Assembly (NCBI RefSeq): GCF_964213995.1
Contig: NC_135825.1
Location: 20,646,001-20,710,000 of the forward strand
Reading direction: 5' to 3'
From: Mustelus asterias
Taxonomy: Eukaryota
DNA: 64,000 nt
The position numbers were made by a program, and so were the translations under genes. Positions 1-10,554 of this stretch are shown here, piece by piece. Each line of letters starts with the position of its first letter. Within the stretch, counting starts at the first letter, position 1. Below the pieces are notes generated by a model. The model made no database searches. It had not been told where the DNA came from and saw only the letters and a program-made list of their open reading frames with translations.

Positions 1-251
1 TTTCGGTATCAACTCTTAGGGGGGAATTTTACCATTTTGAGTCTAAGTGCCGAATCCGGGCGTCAAATAGATCCGCGCCTGGAATCCTCTTTCCAGCGCG
101 CCCATACGCGTTTTGTCGGCTCCAGCCCGATCCGTGCGGTGGGCGGGGCTTAGCGCTGGCGGACCGATCGGAGCTCTGAACTGCGCATGCGCAGTTCAAA
201 AAAAATCTGACAGCGCGCCCGGGCGCAAAACAAAAAGCAGAAAGCGGAGAG

Positions 252-947
252 AGCGGCTCTCTGACGGTCATCCTCTGGTTTGGGGAGGGGGGGGGGGGAG
301 TGACGTCTCATCCTCTGGGGGGTGGGTGTGACCGATCATCCCCTGGGCGGCGGGGGGCGGGGAGAGGGGGTGTGACGGGTGTGACGTCTCATCCTCTGGT
401 CGGGGGGATTGGGGGGGGGCGGGGGGGGGTGGTCGGCTGCCTGTCTGCAGCCGATGCCTCCTGCCGGAGTGGACGTGCGGCCATGCCATCCCACAAAACC
501 TTCAGGATGAAGCGATCCTTGCTAAGAAGATGAAACAGAACCAGCCGATTCGACAGTGGGTCCGCATGAAAACCGGCTACAAGATCAGTACAGGTCCAAG
601 AGGAGACACTGGAGAAGGACCAAGCTGGGCCTGTAAAGGGATGCACCATCACTGGTACACTACCAGCCACAGATTACTCTTCCCTGCAGGGGCAAGAGAG
701 CGGGAGCGATGGCATGGCCGCACGTCCACTCCGGCAGGAGGCATCGGCCGCAGACTGACAGCGGAACCCCCCCCCGACCAGAGGATGAGACGTCACATCC
801 CCTCTCCTCCTCCCCCCCCCCCCGCAGGGGATGAGACATCACACCCCCTCCCCTCCCACCCCTCCTCCCCAGGGGATGAGATGTCACACCCCCTCCCCTC
901 CCACCCGCCTCCCACCCCAACCAGAGGATGACCTGGGTCAGAGAGCC
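252..947. repeat. Large internal inverted repeat (arms ~252-490 and ~708-947) with 4+4 copies of a GTGACGTCTCATCCYCTGG-like motif separated by G/C tracts
   Basis: Perfect 41-bp inverted core at 450-490 vs 708-748. Motif copies at 262, 300, 328, 381 (+) and 778, 825, 869, 921 (-). Confidence 0.9.
483..636 (+). pseudogene. RPL39: Intronless 60S ribosomal protein L39 (eL39) pseudogene
   Basis: Reads MPSHKTFRMKR(fs)LAKKMKQNQPIRQWVRMKTGYKI(fs)[15 protein letters not shown], matching eL39 [51 protein letters not shown]. Length is 154 nt, i.e. 156 minus two 1-nt deletions. No introns. Confidence 0.95.
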
Positions 948-2344
948 ATTGCAGTCTCTGACCCCGCTCTTTGGAGGCTGCAGCAGCGACTTCAGACTTT
1001 TATTTTGCAGGTCGCTAACAGTGCGGATGCGGAACGGGCCAGAAGTCGAAAAAGTGGGATTTGGCGGTAGAGTTGAGTGCGCGATGCATTAAGTCGATTT
1101 AAATGCATGCAAATGCATTTAAATCATCGGGCCACCCGATTCGGGCGCGGGTCGGGTCTCGGTAAAGGCGCGATCTGCTCGGATTCAGGTGCAGATCGCG
1201 TTAATGGCCCGACGCCCAACTTTACCGCGATTTCGCGCCTGAAAAAGGGCGCGAAGCTTTGGTAAAATCAGGCCCTTAATAGCAAGAAGGCAAAGTCCTA
1301 ATCAAAGCAAGTTCTACTGGGCCATAACGTCCTGGCTCCTCTGCATCACATTTGAGGGGGTACACAAAAGATGTGCTGAGGAGTCCCTCTTGGAAGTTTC
1401 CACGTAGGAATTTACCCGACAATTGTCCAGAGGGGCTAACTTCCTCTGGACAATTGTGCTGTAGTGGAAACCAAGCACCACATGGGATGCCCCCACACCA
1501 CCTTCACCCTATACTCCTCCACACCATGCCCAAACCCTGCCCTCCCCAGAGAATGCCCACACTCCCCTTCACCTGCCCCACCGCGGGCCAGGTCCAACTC
1601 CACCTCCCTAGCCCGATAGCTGAACCCCTACCCCCACATACCTTCTCTCTTTCAATAGTGCCTTTAAACACCTGCTTTATGGCAGCTGGTGCTGTAAAAA
1701 GGAGGTGAGCCTTTCCTCACTGCAGTCCATTTACACCATGTTAATGCACCCAGGGGCTCTCTTTGCTTCTCCTTTCTCACCCGACCTGGGGGAGGAAGGT
1801 TGGGCCAGACAGGAGCTCTGGTATTGCAGCAGAGGTAATCTGCCGGTGATTGCCACTCTGAGGAAATTACAAGCCTGTCGGCCCATACTGATTGAAACGT
1901 GAATTCAAGATCATTATTTACAGAAAAACTCAAATAAGCAACTTAGTAATCTGCAAAATACTAGTTTCACTTTCATAACAGATCTAAACATGGTTGACTC
2001 CCATTAATGGTTTGTGTTTTTCTAGCTTCTTACTTGTGCTGTTCTAGCACTTCTGAGACATTAATACATTTTGTGATTTATAAAATCAATTTGTTTCAGG
2101 AGAAACTACATTCTGGTTTAATTCCTCACTGTAGATGTTGTAGGTGTAACCAAATACAGTATTGCATAGTGTAGCCTATTGTCTTATTATTAATTGTCAT
2201 AATGGAAGAGGAACTGGAACCTGTTTCTATCCAGTTTTCGTTTCACAGTAGCCATTGTTGGTTATAATTAAAGTCTGATTTCCTCTCTCCTCAATAGCTG
2301 TTGGAAAGTAGGGTCCTCAGTGCAAAGTTTTGAATCTAATCACA

Positions 2345-2528
2345 GGATGTGGGCATTGCATTTATTGCCAGCCCTAATTACCCTCCAGAAGGTGGTGATG
2401 AGGTGAACCAGTTTCTTGCATACTCAGTGGCTTACTAGGCTATTTCAGATGGCAACTGAGAGTCAACCAGATTGCTATGGGTAGAGAGTCATAAATGGAC
2501 ACGTACAGATGGCAAATTTCCTTCCCCA
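2345..2528 (-). mobile_element. Degenerate tRNA-headed shark SINE / LINE-terminus repeat
   Basis: Reverse complement of the family at 58267-58590 and 56975-57310 (gcaataaatgc...cccacatc tail; ttgactctcagttgccatctgaaatagcc). Confidence 0.55.
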
Positions 2529-2709
2529 TTACTCTAATTGTGCGACACAGACAGGAACACCTTACTCTGGTATCTGCACACAATTAGCTGAATTAAATCA
2601 GCATGACAAGAGATGCACTACAATTTGCCCATTCACCCCAGGTGAAACTGGCCAGAGATTTCTGTCCCGTTTGCTTTGCAGTTACACCTGCTGAAAAAGT
2701 GCATTATGA

Positions 2710-4042
2710 TAGTGGGTTATGTGACTGGACTAGTAAATGTGCCCTACTGTGCTAATTGTAGGTTCAGAATAGACCTAGCAATTCAAGGAGCTGTGGACGA
2801 CAACAATTTGTAATGACAACCATGATAATCTATATGATTCAGGTTATCCCTTACTCTGCCATTACCATCAATCTAGGGAACCAGTTCAGTAAGCAATGTA
2901 GGAGAGCGTGCCTGGAACAACACCTCAAACTGAAGCGCTAACCTGGTGAAGCTACAACACAGGACTTTAAACATGACAAACAGCAGAGGCAGCATCTCTT
3001 AATAGAACTATGTAATTCCATAATTAATGGACCAGATCAAAGCTCTTCAATCCTGCAACATCCAGGTAGAAATTTAACAACTAACTGGACAAGCCTTGAA
3101 CATCCACATTCTGAAAGATAATGTAGCCCAAAGTATTGGTGCAAAAGACAAAGCTGAAGTGTTTGCAATCATCTTCAGCTGGAAGAACTGAGTGGATGAT
3201 CTATCTCTGCTTCCTCCGGTGGTCCCCAGTATCACAGAGACTGGTCTTTAGAGAATGAAATTAACTTTATGTGATTTCAATAAATGGTAAGGCAATGGAT
3301 ACAGCAAAGGTATGGGCCCTGACAGCTTTCCAAACGTATTATGGAAGAATAGTATTCTAGGACTAGCCACATACCTAGCCAAACTCTTCCAGTACAATTA
3401 CAATACTGGCATCAGCACCAAGTTGGAAAGTTCACCCCGTCTATCTACACAAAGCCAGACTAATTACACAAATACTGTGACTACAGGAGCTGGTCAGATG
3501 TTGGATATTCTGCAGTGCATGTCTCACCTCTTGACTCTCCAAAACTTGTCCACCATCGACAAAGCACAAATCAGCAGTGTGGTGAATACTCTCTAAATGC
3601 CTAGATAAACTCCAAAAACACGCAAAAGCCCACCACTCATGAATGCAAAGCAGACCACTTGACTAGAAACCCATCCATCACCTTAAATATTCACTCCTTC
3701 CATTACTGGCACAATGCAGCTGCAGTGTGCCCCATCCAGAGGTTACATTGCCAAGTCACCATGGCTACTTTGACAGCAACTTCTAAACACGCAACATCTA
3801 CCACCCAGAAGAACAAGGGTAGCAGGTGTAGGGGATACTGCCTCCCTCATGAGTTCCCAGTCAAATCACACACCTTCCTGGCTGGGAAATATATTACTGT
3901 TTTCTCATCATTACTGGGTCAAAATCCCAGAACTCCCTCCCTACAAGCACTGTGGACATACCTTTTCCACATGGATGGCAGCATTTCAAAAACCCTACCA
4001 TCATCTTCTCAAGAATAATTAGGGATGAGCAATAAATGCTGG
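2710..4042 (+). mobile_element. Old non-LTR retrotransposon (LINE) remnant; its 3' tail resumes at 4717-4765 after a SINE insertion
   Basis: Collinear with the copy at ~19060-20845 (aacctggtgaagctacaa, cactccttccattactggcac). Tail agggatgagcaataaatgctgg ... ccttgccagcaatgcccac. Confidence 0.6.
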
Positions 4043-4716
4043 AGGAGGTCTTGTGGTCTAGTGTGTAGCTTTCCTGCCTCTGAGCCAAAAGCTCTCTATT
4101 TGACTCCCACCCCAGGATTTGACGGCCAAGAAAGTTGCGTTCATAACGCGGTCAAATAGGTTGAGTGTAAACCAGCAAATCCTCCTTTATAAAACCAGTG
4201 CTAACCACTGTACCACTGGGCGGCACAGTGGCACAGTGACTAGCACTGCTGCCTCACAGCACCAGGGACCCAGGTTTGATTCCCGGATTGGGTCACTGTC
4301 TGTATGGAGTCTGCACATTCTCCCCGTGTCTGTGTGGGTTTCCTCCCACAGTCCAAAGATGTGTGGGTTAAGTGGATTGGCCAAGCTAAATTACCCATTA
4401 GTATCAGGGGGACTAGCCAGGGTAAATGCATGGAATTATGGGGATAGGGCCTGGGTGAGATTGTGGTCGATGCAGACTTGATCGGCTGAATGGCCTCCTT
4501 CTGCACTGTAGGATTCCTTGATTCTATGATTCTCCCAACATGCCAAAGGTTGGCAGTAAGAGCGGGTGAAACTTCTGGTCAGCCATCCTTGGTGTGGTGT
4601 AGCACTCCTCAAGCCCCTGGCAAGAGACCTGTTCTGGGAATTACTAGCTTTGGAGACAGACAAAAGTCTGCCTTACTGTGCCACTAGGTGCGGGAAAAGA
4701 ATTGGAAATGGATTGG
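4043..4716 (+). mobile_element. tRNA-derived SINE interrupted by an HE1 SINE
   Basis: A/B-box-like head (gtggtctagtg ... tttgactccc), (ATTGG)n-like tail, approximate TSD aatgctgg/aatactgg. A related copy lies at ~10677-10880. Confidence 0.55.
4218..4532 (+). mobile_element. HE1-type V-SINE (CR1/HER1 tail)
   Basis: Head gggcggcacagtggcacagtg..., V-domain ttctccccgtgtctg...ccacagtccaaagatgtg, tail gaatggcctccttctgcactgtaggattc...attctatgattct. Confidence 0.9.
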
Positions 4717-5157
4717 AATACTGGCCTTGCCAGCAATGCCCACAGCACATGAATGATAAAATAATGAAAAAGAAAACTTTTCATGTGGATTTAAATACAA
4801 TATCAGGCTTGGCAGTGATGTTTCCCCATATTTGAATAAAATGTCAATGATCACTAAGCAAGACTTTCCTCTCTTACTCCCTGATTTTAAGCCCTGTTGG
4901 GGTGGCAGAAGAGGGAAATGGATCCAATTTCCCAACCCACCAAACATACCCAGAGCTGTGTCCTGATGTATTGTTTGGTTGGTTTTGTTAGATGTACCAG
5001 TCTTAAATAAGCTCATGTTCAGTATTCTGCAACCATGCATTTCATCGCAAGTCACCCCTGCCCAAGAAAACAGGTCGCGGTTGATATTTTCTCCTTTAGA
5101 AAACCAAAATGTCGAGGCCAATTAAGCACCCAATTTCAGACTGGCTTGGTTAATTCA

Positions 5158-5296
5158 TGATATGGAGATGCCGGTGTTGGACTTGGGTAAACACAGTAAG
5201 TGTTTTAACAACACCAGGTTAAAGTCCAACAGGTTTATTTATTTGCTACCAAATAAACCTGTTGGACTTTAACCTGGTGTTGTTAAAACTCTTACT
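5158..5296. mobile_element. Palindromic Penelope-terminus mini-insertion
   Basis: Same sequence as the PLE end at 8296-8385, followed by its inverted copy. Flanking direct repeat cttggttaattca (5145-5157, 5295-5307). Confidence 0.8.
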
Positions 5297-6750
5297 TGGT
5301 TAATTCACCCTGTGCTGGGGGTTCACCAGATTATCAACTGCCTGAGCTATGGGATTGGTGATTCCTACTTTTTTAAAGCACAAAATACTTTTTCCTACCT
5401 TGCACTTTGTTACTAGATAGATGCCCCACCCTTGTTTTTCTCCCAGTAGCCTCATTCCTTTCAACCATGCAAGTTTCAGAATAGTATCAGTGGAAAATTT
5501 ACAAGTTCAAACAGAGGTCTTACTATTGACAGTGGAAAGTAGATGCGCCACATTGTCTTCTGCCAACAAGTTTTACTGTTCTCCAATTATAATTCCGCCC
5601 TTGTTTAATGGTAACATTTACTATTTACATTTGTTCATATCCAATTGCACAAAGAAATATTGTAAGGGACATAGAGAGAAAAAAACTGAACCCCAAACCA
5701 AGCAAATTGGTGAGCTACTTGACAGGATGCAAGTTTCCAAGATTCAAGCACAAAGTTCTCCTGGTCACCGTGGACCACCACTTTACAATATTAGTTATGC
5801 AAAAATTGTACTTGGGAGTCCATTTTTAATTTTCACACAGCAGAGATAATAGCCTTTTACCAATATAATGCAAAGTGATCAAAAGTTGGCATTTTTCTCC
5901 AAACTGAGGACGTCGATAAATAAAGAAGACAATCTCCCACTTCTGTTTTAGCACGATTGTGAGATAGACAGATTAACACATTCAGCTTTATACAATAAAT
6001 TTTAAGTAAAGTGCTGAGTCGTGCCTTTGCTCAACTATTACTGGAGCCATACAGTTCCAGTTTGTTGAATAATGATCTCAATCAATATATTGTATAAACA
6101 GAACTCACGTGACTCCGGTTTACATAAAAACAAAGCACTTGTGAACCTTCCAGCAGGAATTGTTTAGAACAAATCTCTGTACCCCCCCACCCCACCCAAA
6201 ATGTACACTTCAATCATTCTAGGACTAAGTGTTATTCTGTTTTTACGAATTAAAAACCATTTATATCAAATGGTATATTATAAATTTTTGCATAAAGCTC
6301 AATTGAAAAATAAAGAAACTTAGGTATTTGTTTACCTTCATAACTTATAAACCCCAGACCCATTATCCTTTCATGTAAATTAATAGGACATGTTTTGTTG
6401 CAGTTCAGCTGAATATTTTAGTTGTATTATTTTGAGATTATGGTAAACTATTGCAAAATCTATGAAACCGCATCATATATTCTGGTCAGAAAATATCACA
6501 TTGCTTACAAGATCAAAATGTTCAAAGGCTTGAGATCTTTCACCTCACTCCTACCTTCCACTCATTTCTTTGCAAAGGATTTTGTATTATGTACTGAGAA
6601 GCATCATTTACTGTCCTGATTCTACTTATCAAGTCTTTTGCTCTTTAAGATTCCTGATCTCTTTAAAAAAAAGTTCTCAATCACTTACATTATTTTTTTA
6701 AAAAACAAATTCAGGTAAGTTTCCTTTACAATTTTAACTCCTCCTTGGTG

Positions 6751-7056
6751 TAGGGATTGCCAACCCTCCTGGCTTGACCTGGGGCCTCTAGGAGTGGAAG
6801 ATTGCTCTCCCAGGCATTGTTGCAAGCAACCCAGGAGAAATATCTAGGGGAAATCAATAATAAGGTGCATTTTTATTTTATTGGGAATGAGAAATTAATG
6901 ACAATTTGAACGTTGGTCAAGAACTGCCAATCAGTGAAGAGGCCGCTCCCTATCCAACTTGCCCTGGAGCGTCATGGTGGTGGATATGTCAAGCTACCAA
7001 TGGTGGGAGGCTGGGGAAAAAGGTGTCATATTATAAAACCAGAGTTGGCAACCATA
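6751..7056. mobile_element. hAT-superfamily MITE (Blackjack-like ends)
   Basis: TIRs tagggattgccaac / gttggcaaccata and a perfect 8-bp TSD CCTTGGTG (6743-6750, 7057-7064). Confidence 0.8.
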
Positions 7057-7327
7057 CCTTGGTGATGTAAACACTATTTTCCCTATAGTATCTCAGCTAA
7101 ATGGCCATTATTCCTATATCAGTGTAGATGTGTTGGGTTCCCAAATCACTGACAGCAAGGACTTCCAACATGAGTAGATTATTCACTAGCTTAGCAGCTA
7201 CTTCAACACTAATGCTGTGCCCGCACCCCTGGGAATAACTCCTATGCTTCCGCCATGTCATCATGTTCTCACATGATGACTTATTCTACAATCAACTTTG
7301 ACTGGAGTGACAGAGGCCATTTAGACC

Positions 7328-7568
7328 ATAAGAACCTAAGATATAGGAGCAGAATTAGGCCATTCGGCCCATCGTGTCTGCTCCGCCATTTGATCATGGC
7401 GGATATGCTTCTCCCACCTTCTCCCCATAACCCATTCTCCCGCCTTCTCCCCATAACCTTTGATCCCCTCACCAATCAAGAACCTATCTATCTCTGTCTT
7501 AAATATACTCAATAACCTGGCCTCCACAGCCTTCTGTAGCAATGAATTCCACAGATTCACCACACTTT
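7328..7568 (-). mobile_element. CR1/HER1 LINE 3' fragment
   Basis: Translation VVNLWNSLLQKAVEARLLSIFKTEIDRFLIGEGIKGYGEKAGEW and a CR1 tail matching 62040-62285. Confidence 0.85.
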
Positions 7569-8002
7569 GACCATCCATGAGAGAATGAACCTGAGCACTA
7601 TTGAGCTTCCATTTGAAGTATGTACCTACACTTCTATCAGGGAATTGCTGAACAGTGCTCAGGACATGTCTTGAGGACAAGTATATATTTCTTGTTCCAG
7701 TGAGCTACTTGCCTTGGAAGCGTTTTTAACAATCACCATCACTATAATTTGAAAACTTATGCACTTTTCATTACAGAAATTGTGAAGTTCATCCTCCATC
7801 AATTGGACACTTTGGTATAAATGGTTCATATTAAGGGAACTGGAAATGTCATAGGCCACAGTCAATGAAATTGCTGTTTAGGAGGCATTTCTTGTTGCAA
7901 AATAAACAAGGGCAGCTGGTCTTCCCTCTATTTGTAGTTTATTAAATGGTTAGATTTCCATATTTATATAATATCAGTATATACTCACAGCTGGCACCTG
8001 TT

Positions 8003-8293
8003 TAAGTTTATTTATTAGTGTCACAAGTAGGCTTACACTGAAGTTATTGTGAAAATCCCCTCATCGCCACACTCCAACGCCTGTTCGGGTACACTGAGGG
8101 AGAATTTAACACGACCATTGCACCTAGCCAGTATGTCTTTCGGACGGTGGGAGGAAACCGGAGCACCCAGAGGAAACCAACGCAGACGTGGGGAGAATGT
8201 GCAGACTCCACACAGACAGTGACCCGAGCCGGGAATTGAACCCGGGTCCCTGGCGCTCTGAGGCAGCGGTGCTAACCACTGTGCCATCATGCT
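8003..8293 (-). mobile_element. V-SINE, tail type B
   Basis: tRNA head plus V-domain, ending ...gattttcacaataacttcagtgtaagcctacttgtgacactaataaataaactt on the minus strand. Confidence 0.85.
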
Positions 8294-8295
8294 CC

Positions 8296-10068
8296 TGATG
8301 GAGATACCAGCGTTGGACTGGGGTAAGCACAGTAAGAAGTCTCACAACACCAGGTTAAAGACCAACAGGTTTATTTGGTAGCAAAAGCTTTCGGAGTGTC
8401 GCTCCTTCTTCAGGTGAGAGAAGAGTTGTGTTCACAAACAGGGCATATATAGATACAGACTCAATTTGCAAGATAATGGTTGGAATGCGAGTCTTTACAG
8501 ATAATCAAGTCTTAAAGGTACAGACAATATGAGTGGAGACAGGGTTAAGCATAGGTTAAGGAGGTGTGTATTGTCTCCGGCCAGGACAGTTTGTGAGATT
8601 TTACAAGCCCAGGCAAGTCGCGGGGGTTACAGATAGTGAGACATGAGCCCAAGATCCCGGTTGAGGCCGTCCTCATGTGTGCTATCAGTTTTTGCTCTGC
8701 GATTCTGCGTTGTCGTGTGTCTTGAAGGCCGCCTTGAAGAATGATTACCCAAAGATCAGAGGCTGAATGCCTGTGACTGCTGAAGTGTTCCCCAACAGGA
8801 AGAGAACACTCCTGCCTGGTGATTGTCGAGTGGTGTTCATTCATCCGTTGTCATAGCGTCTGCATGGTCTCCCCAATGTACCATGCCTCGGGACATCCTT
8901 TCCTGCAGCGTATCAGGTAGACAACGTTGGCCGAGTAGCAAGTGTATGTACCGTGTACCTGGTGGATGGTTTTCTCACATGAGATGATGGCATCCGTGTC
9001 GATGATCCAGCACGTCTTGCAGAGGTTGCTGTGGCAGGATTGTGTGATGTCATGGTCACTGTTCTCCTGAAGGCTGGGTAGTTTGCTGCGCACAATGGTC
9101 TGTTTGAGGTTGTGCAGTTGTTTGAAGGCAAGAAGTGGGGATGTGGGGATGGCCTTGGCAAGATGCTCGGCTTCATCGATGACATGTTGAAGGCTCCGGA
9201 GAAGATGTTGTAGCTTCTCCGCTCCGGGGAAGTACTGGACGACGAAGGGTACTCTGTCCGCCATGTCCTGTGTTTGTCTTCTGAGGAGGTCGGTGCAGTT
9301 TTTCGCTGTGGCGCGTCGGAACTGTCGATCGATGAGTTGAGTGCCATATCGTGTTCTTATGAGGGCATCTTTCAGCGTCTGGAGGTGTCTGTTGCGAGCC
9401 TCCTCATCCGAGCAGATCCTGTGTATATGGAGGGCTTGTCCGTAGGGGATGGCTTCTTCAACGTGTTTAGGGTGGAAGCTGGAGAAGTGGAGCATCGTGC
9501 GGTTATCCGTGGGCTTGCGGTACAGTGAGGTGCTGAGGTGACCGTCCTTAATGGAGATGCGTGTGTCCAAGAATGCAACCGATTCCGGAGAGAAGTCCAT
9601 GGTGAGTCTGATGGTGGGATGGAACTTATTGATGTCATCATATAGTTGTTTCAGTGATTATTCACCATGAGTCCAAAGGAAGAAAATGTCATCGATGTAT
9701 CTAGTGTATAGCGTCAGTTGAAGGTCCTGTGCGGTGAAGAGGTCTTGTTCGAACCTGTGCATGAAGATGTTGGCATATTGAGGTGCGAATTTGGTCTCCA
9801 TGGCTGTTCCATGTGCCTGGATGAAGAACTGGTTGTTGAAGGTGAAGACGTTGTGGTCCAGGATGAAGCAGATGAGTTATAGAATTGCATCTGGAGATTG
9901 GCAGTTGTCGGCGTTGAGTACTGAGGCAGTTGCAGCAATGCTGTTGTTGTGGGGGATGCTGGTGTAGAGTGTCGAGACATCCATTGTGACGAGGAGTGCT
10001 CCTGGTTCAATTGTTCCATGTGTGCTGAGCTTCTGTAGGAAGTCCGTAGTGTCGCAACAGAAGTGGGG
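8296..10068 (-). mobile_element. Penelope-like retroelement, 5'-truncated, disrupted RT + GIY-YIG endonuclease
   Basis: RT motifs TMDVSTLYTSIPH, GTAMETKFAPQYANIFM, YTRYIDDIFFLW. Thumb/linker SLYRKPTD...IPYGQALHIHRICS. GIY-YIG-type NVVYLIRC...WYIGET. Frameshifts and stops separate the ORF pieces. Confidence 0.92.
8386..8416 (-). ncRNA. Minimal type I hammerhead ribozyme motif in the Penelope terminus
   Basis: Minus strand reads cac-CTGAAGA-a-ggag(cgaca)ctcc-GAAA-gct. The 3' strand of stem I appears damaged. Confidence 0.55.
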
Positions 10069-10394
10069 GACGGGGGGGGGGGGGGTTTCTTTGTACAACT
10101 GGTTTCAGGATGCCCTCGATGTTTTAAAAAGTGTCAACAATCCATGTCTAAAGAATTGTATCTATGTACTGTGTACAGTTCATTGATATTACAAGTAGAA
10201 TATTTTACAGATTATAGAACTGCTCTAATATTTTCCAAAGGAATTCTGTGACTTACGATTTTTTAAATGAATGAAAATGATGGCTCCAGGGCGTGGCGAC
10301 TTCTTGCAAGCTGTCCCCAGTATACCCTCTAATTCTATCCTTTTCTCTTGTTCTGTGCTTTTAAAACTACACTCTTATAAAATTAAGCTAATCC

Positions 10395-10554
10395 TTCTCT
10401 ACACCCTAGGTATGACTGTAACACTATACTCTCCTTTCCTTCTCCCCATGTACTCTATGAATGGTATGCTTTGCCTGTATAGTGCACGCACAAGAAACAA
10501 TCCTTTTCACTGTATTCCAATACATGTGACAATAATAAATCAAATCAAATCAAA
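10395..10554 (+). mobile_element. Rex1/Babar-type LINE 3' UTR fragment
   Basis: ccctaggtatgactgtaacacta...cttttcactgta...tgtgacaataataaatcaaatcaaatc, the same tail as at 24170-24322 and 62910-63069. Confidence 0.75.

Larger units (their letters stand above)
19..1275. mobile_element. Non-autonomous PIF/Harbinger-like DNA transposon (GC/CpG-rich, internal fold-back)
   Basis: Imperfect 16-bp TIRs GGGGGGAATTTTACCA (19-34) and TGGTAAAATCAGGCCC (1260-1275). TTA lies on both sides (16-18, 1276-1278), the TWA-type 3-bp TSD of PIF/Harbinger. No transposase ORF. Confidence 0.75.

Noticed and set aside
530-931. 133-aa ORF beginning with RPL39-like MKQNQPIRQWVRMKTG and ending in Pro-rich repeats
   Set aside because: Frameshift read-through from the pseudogene into the C-rich transposon arm. 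Nothing supports a real chimeric protein.
262-933. Regularly spaced ~19-bp repeats resembling a CRISPR array
   Set aside because: Eukaryotic context, mirror orientation, low-complexity G/C spacers and no cas genes.
5421-6720. Short ORFs and a cag|gtaagt donor at ~6714 suggesting a plus-strand gene
   Set aside because: No recognisable protein similarity and no consistent exon chain. A non-coding exon cannot be excluded.
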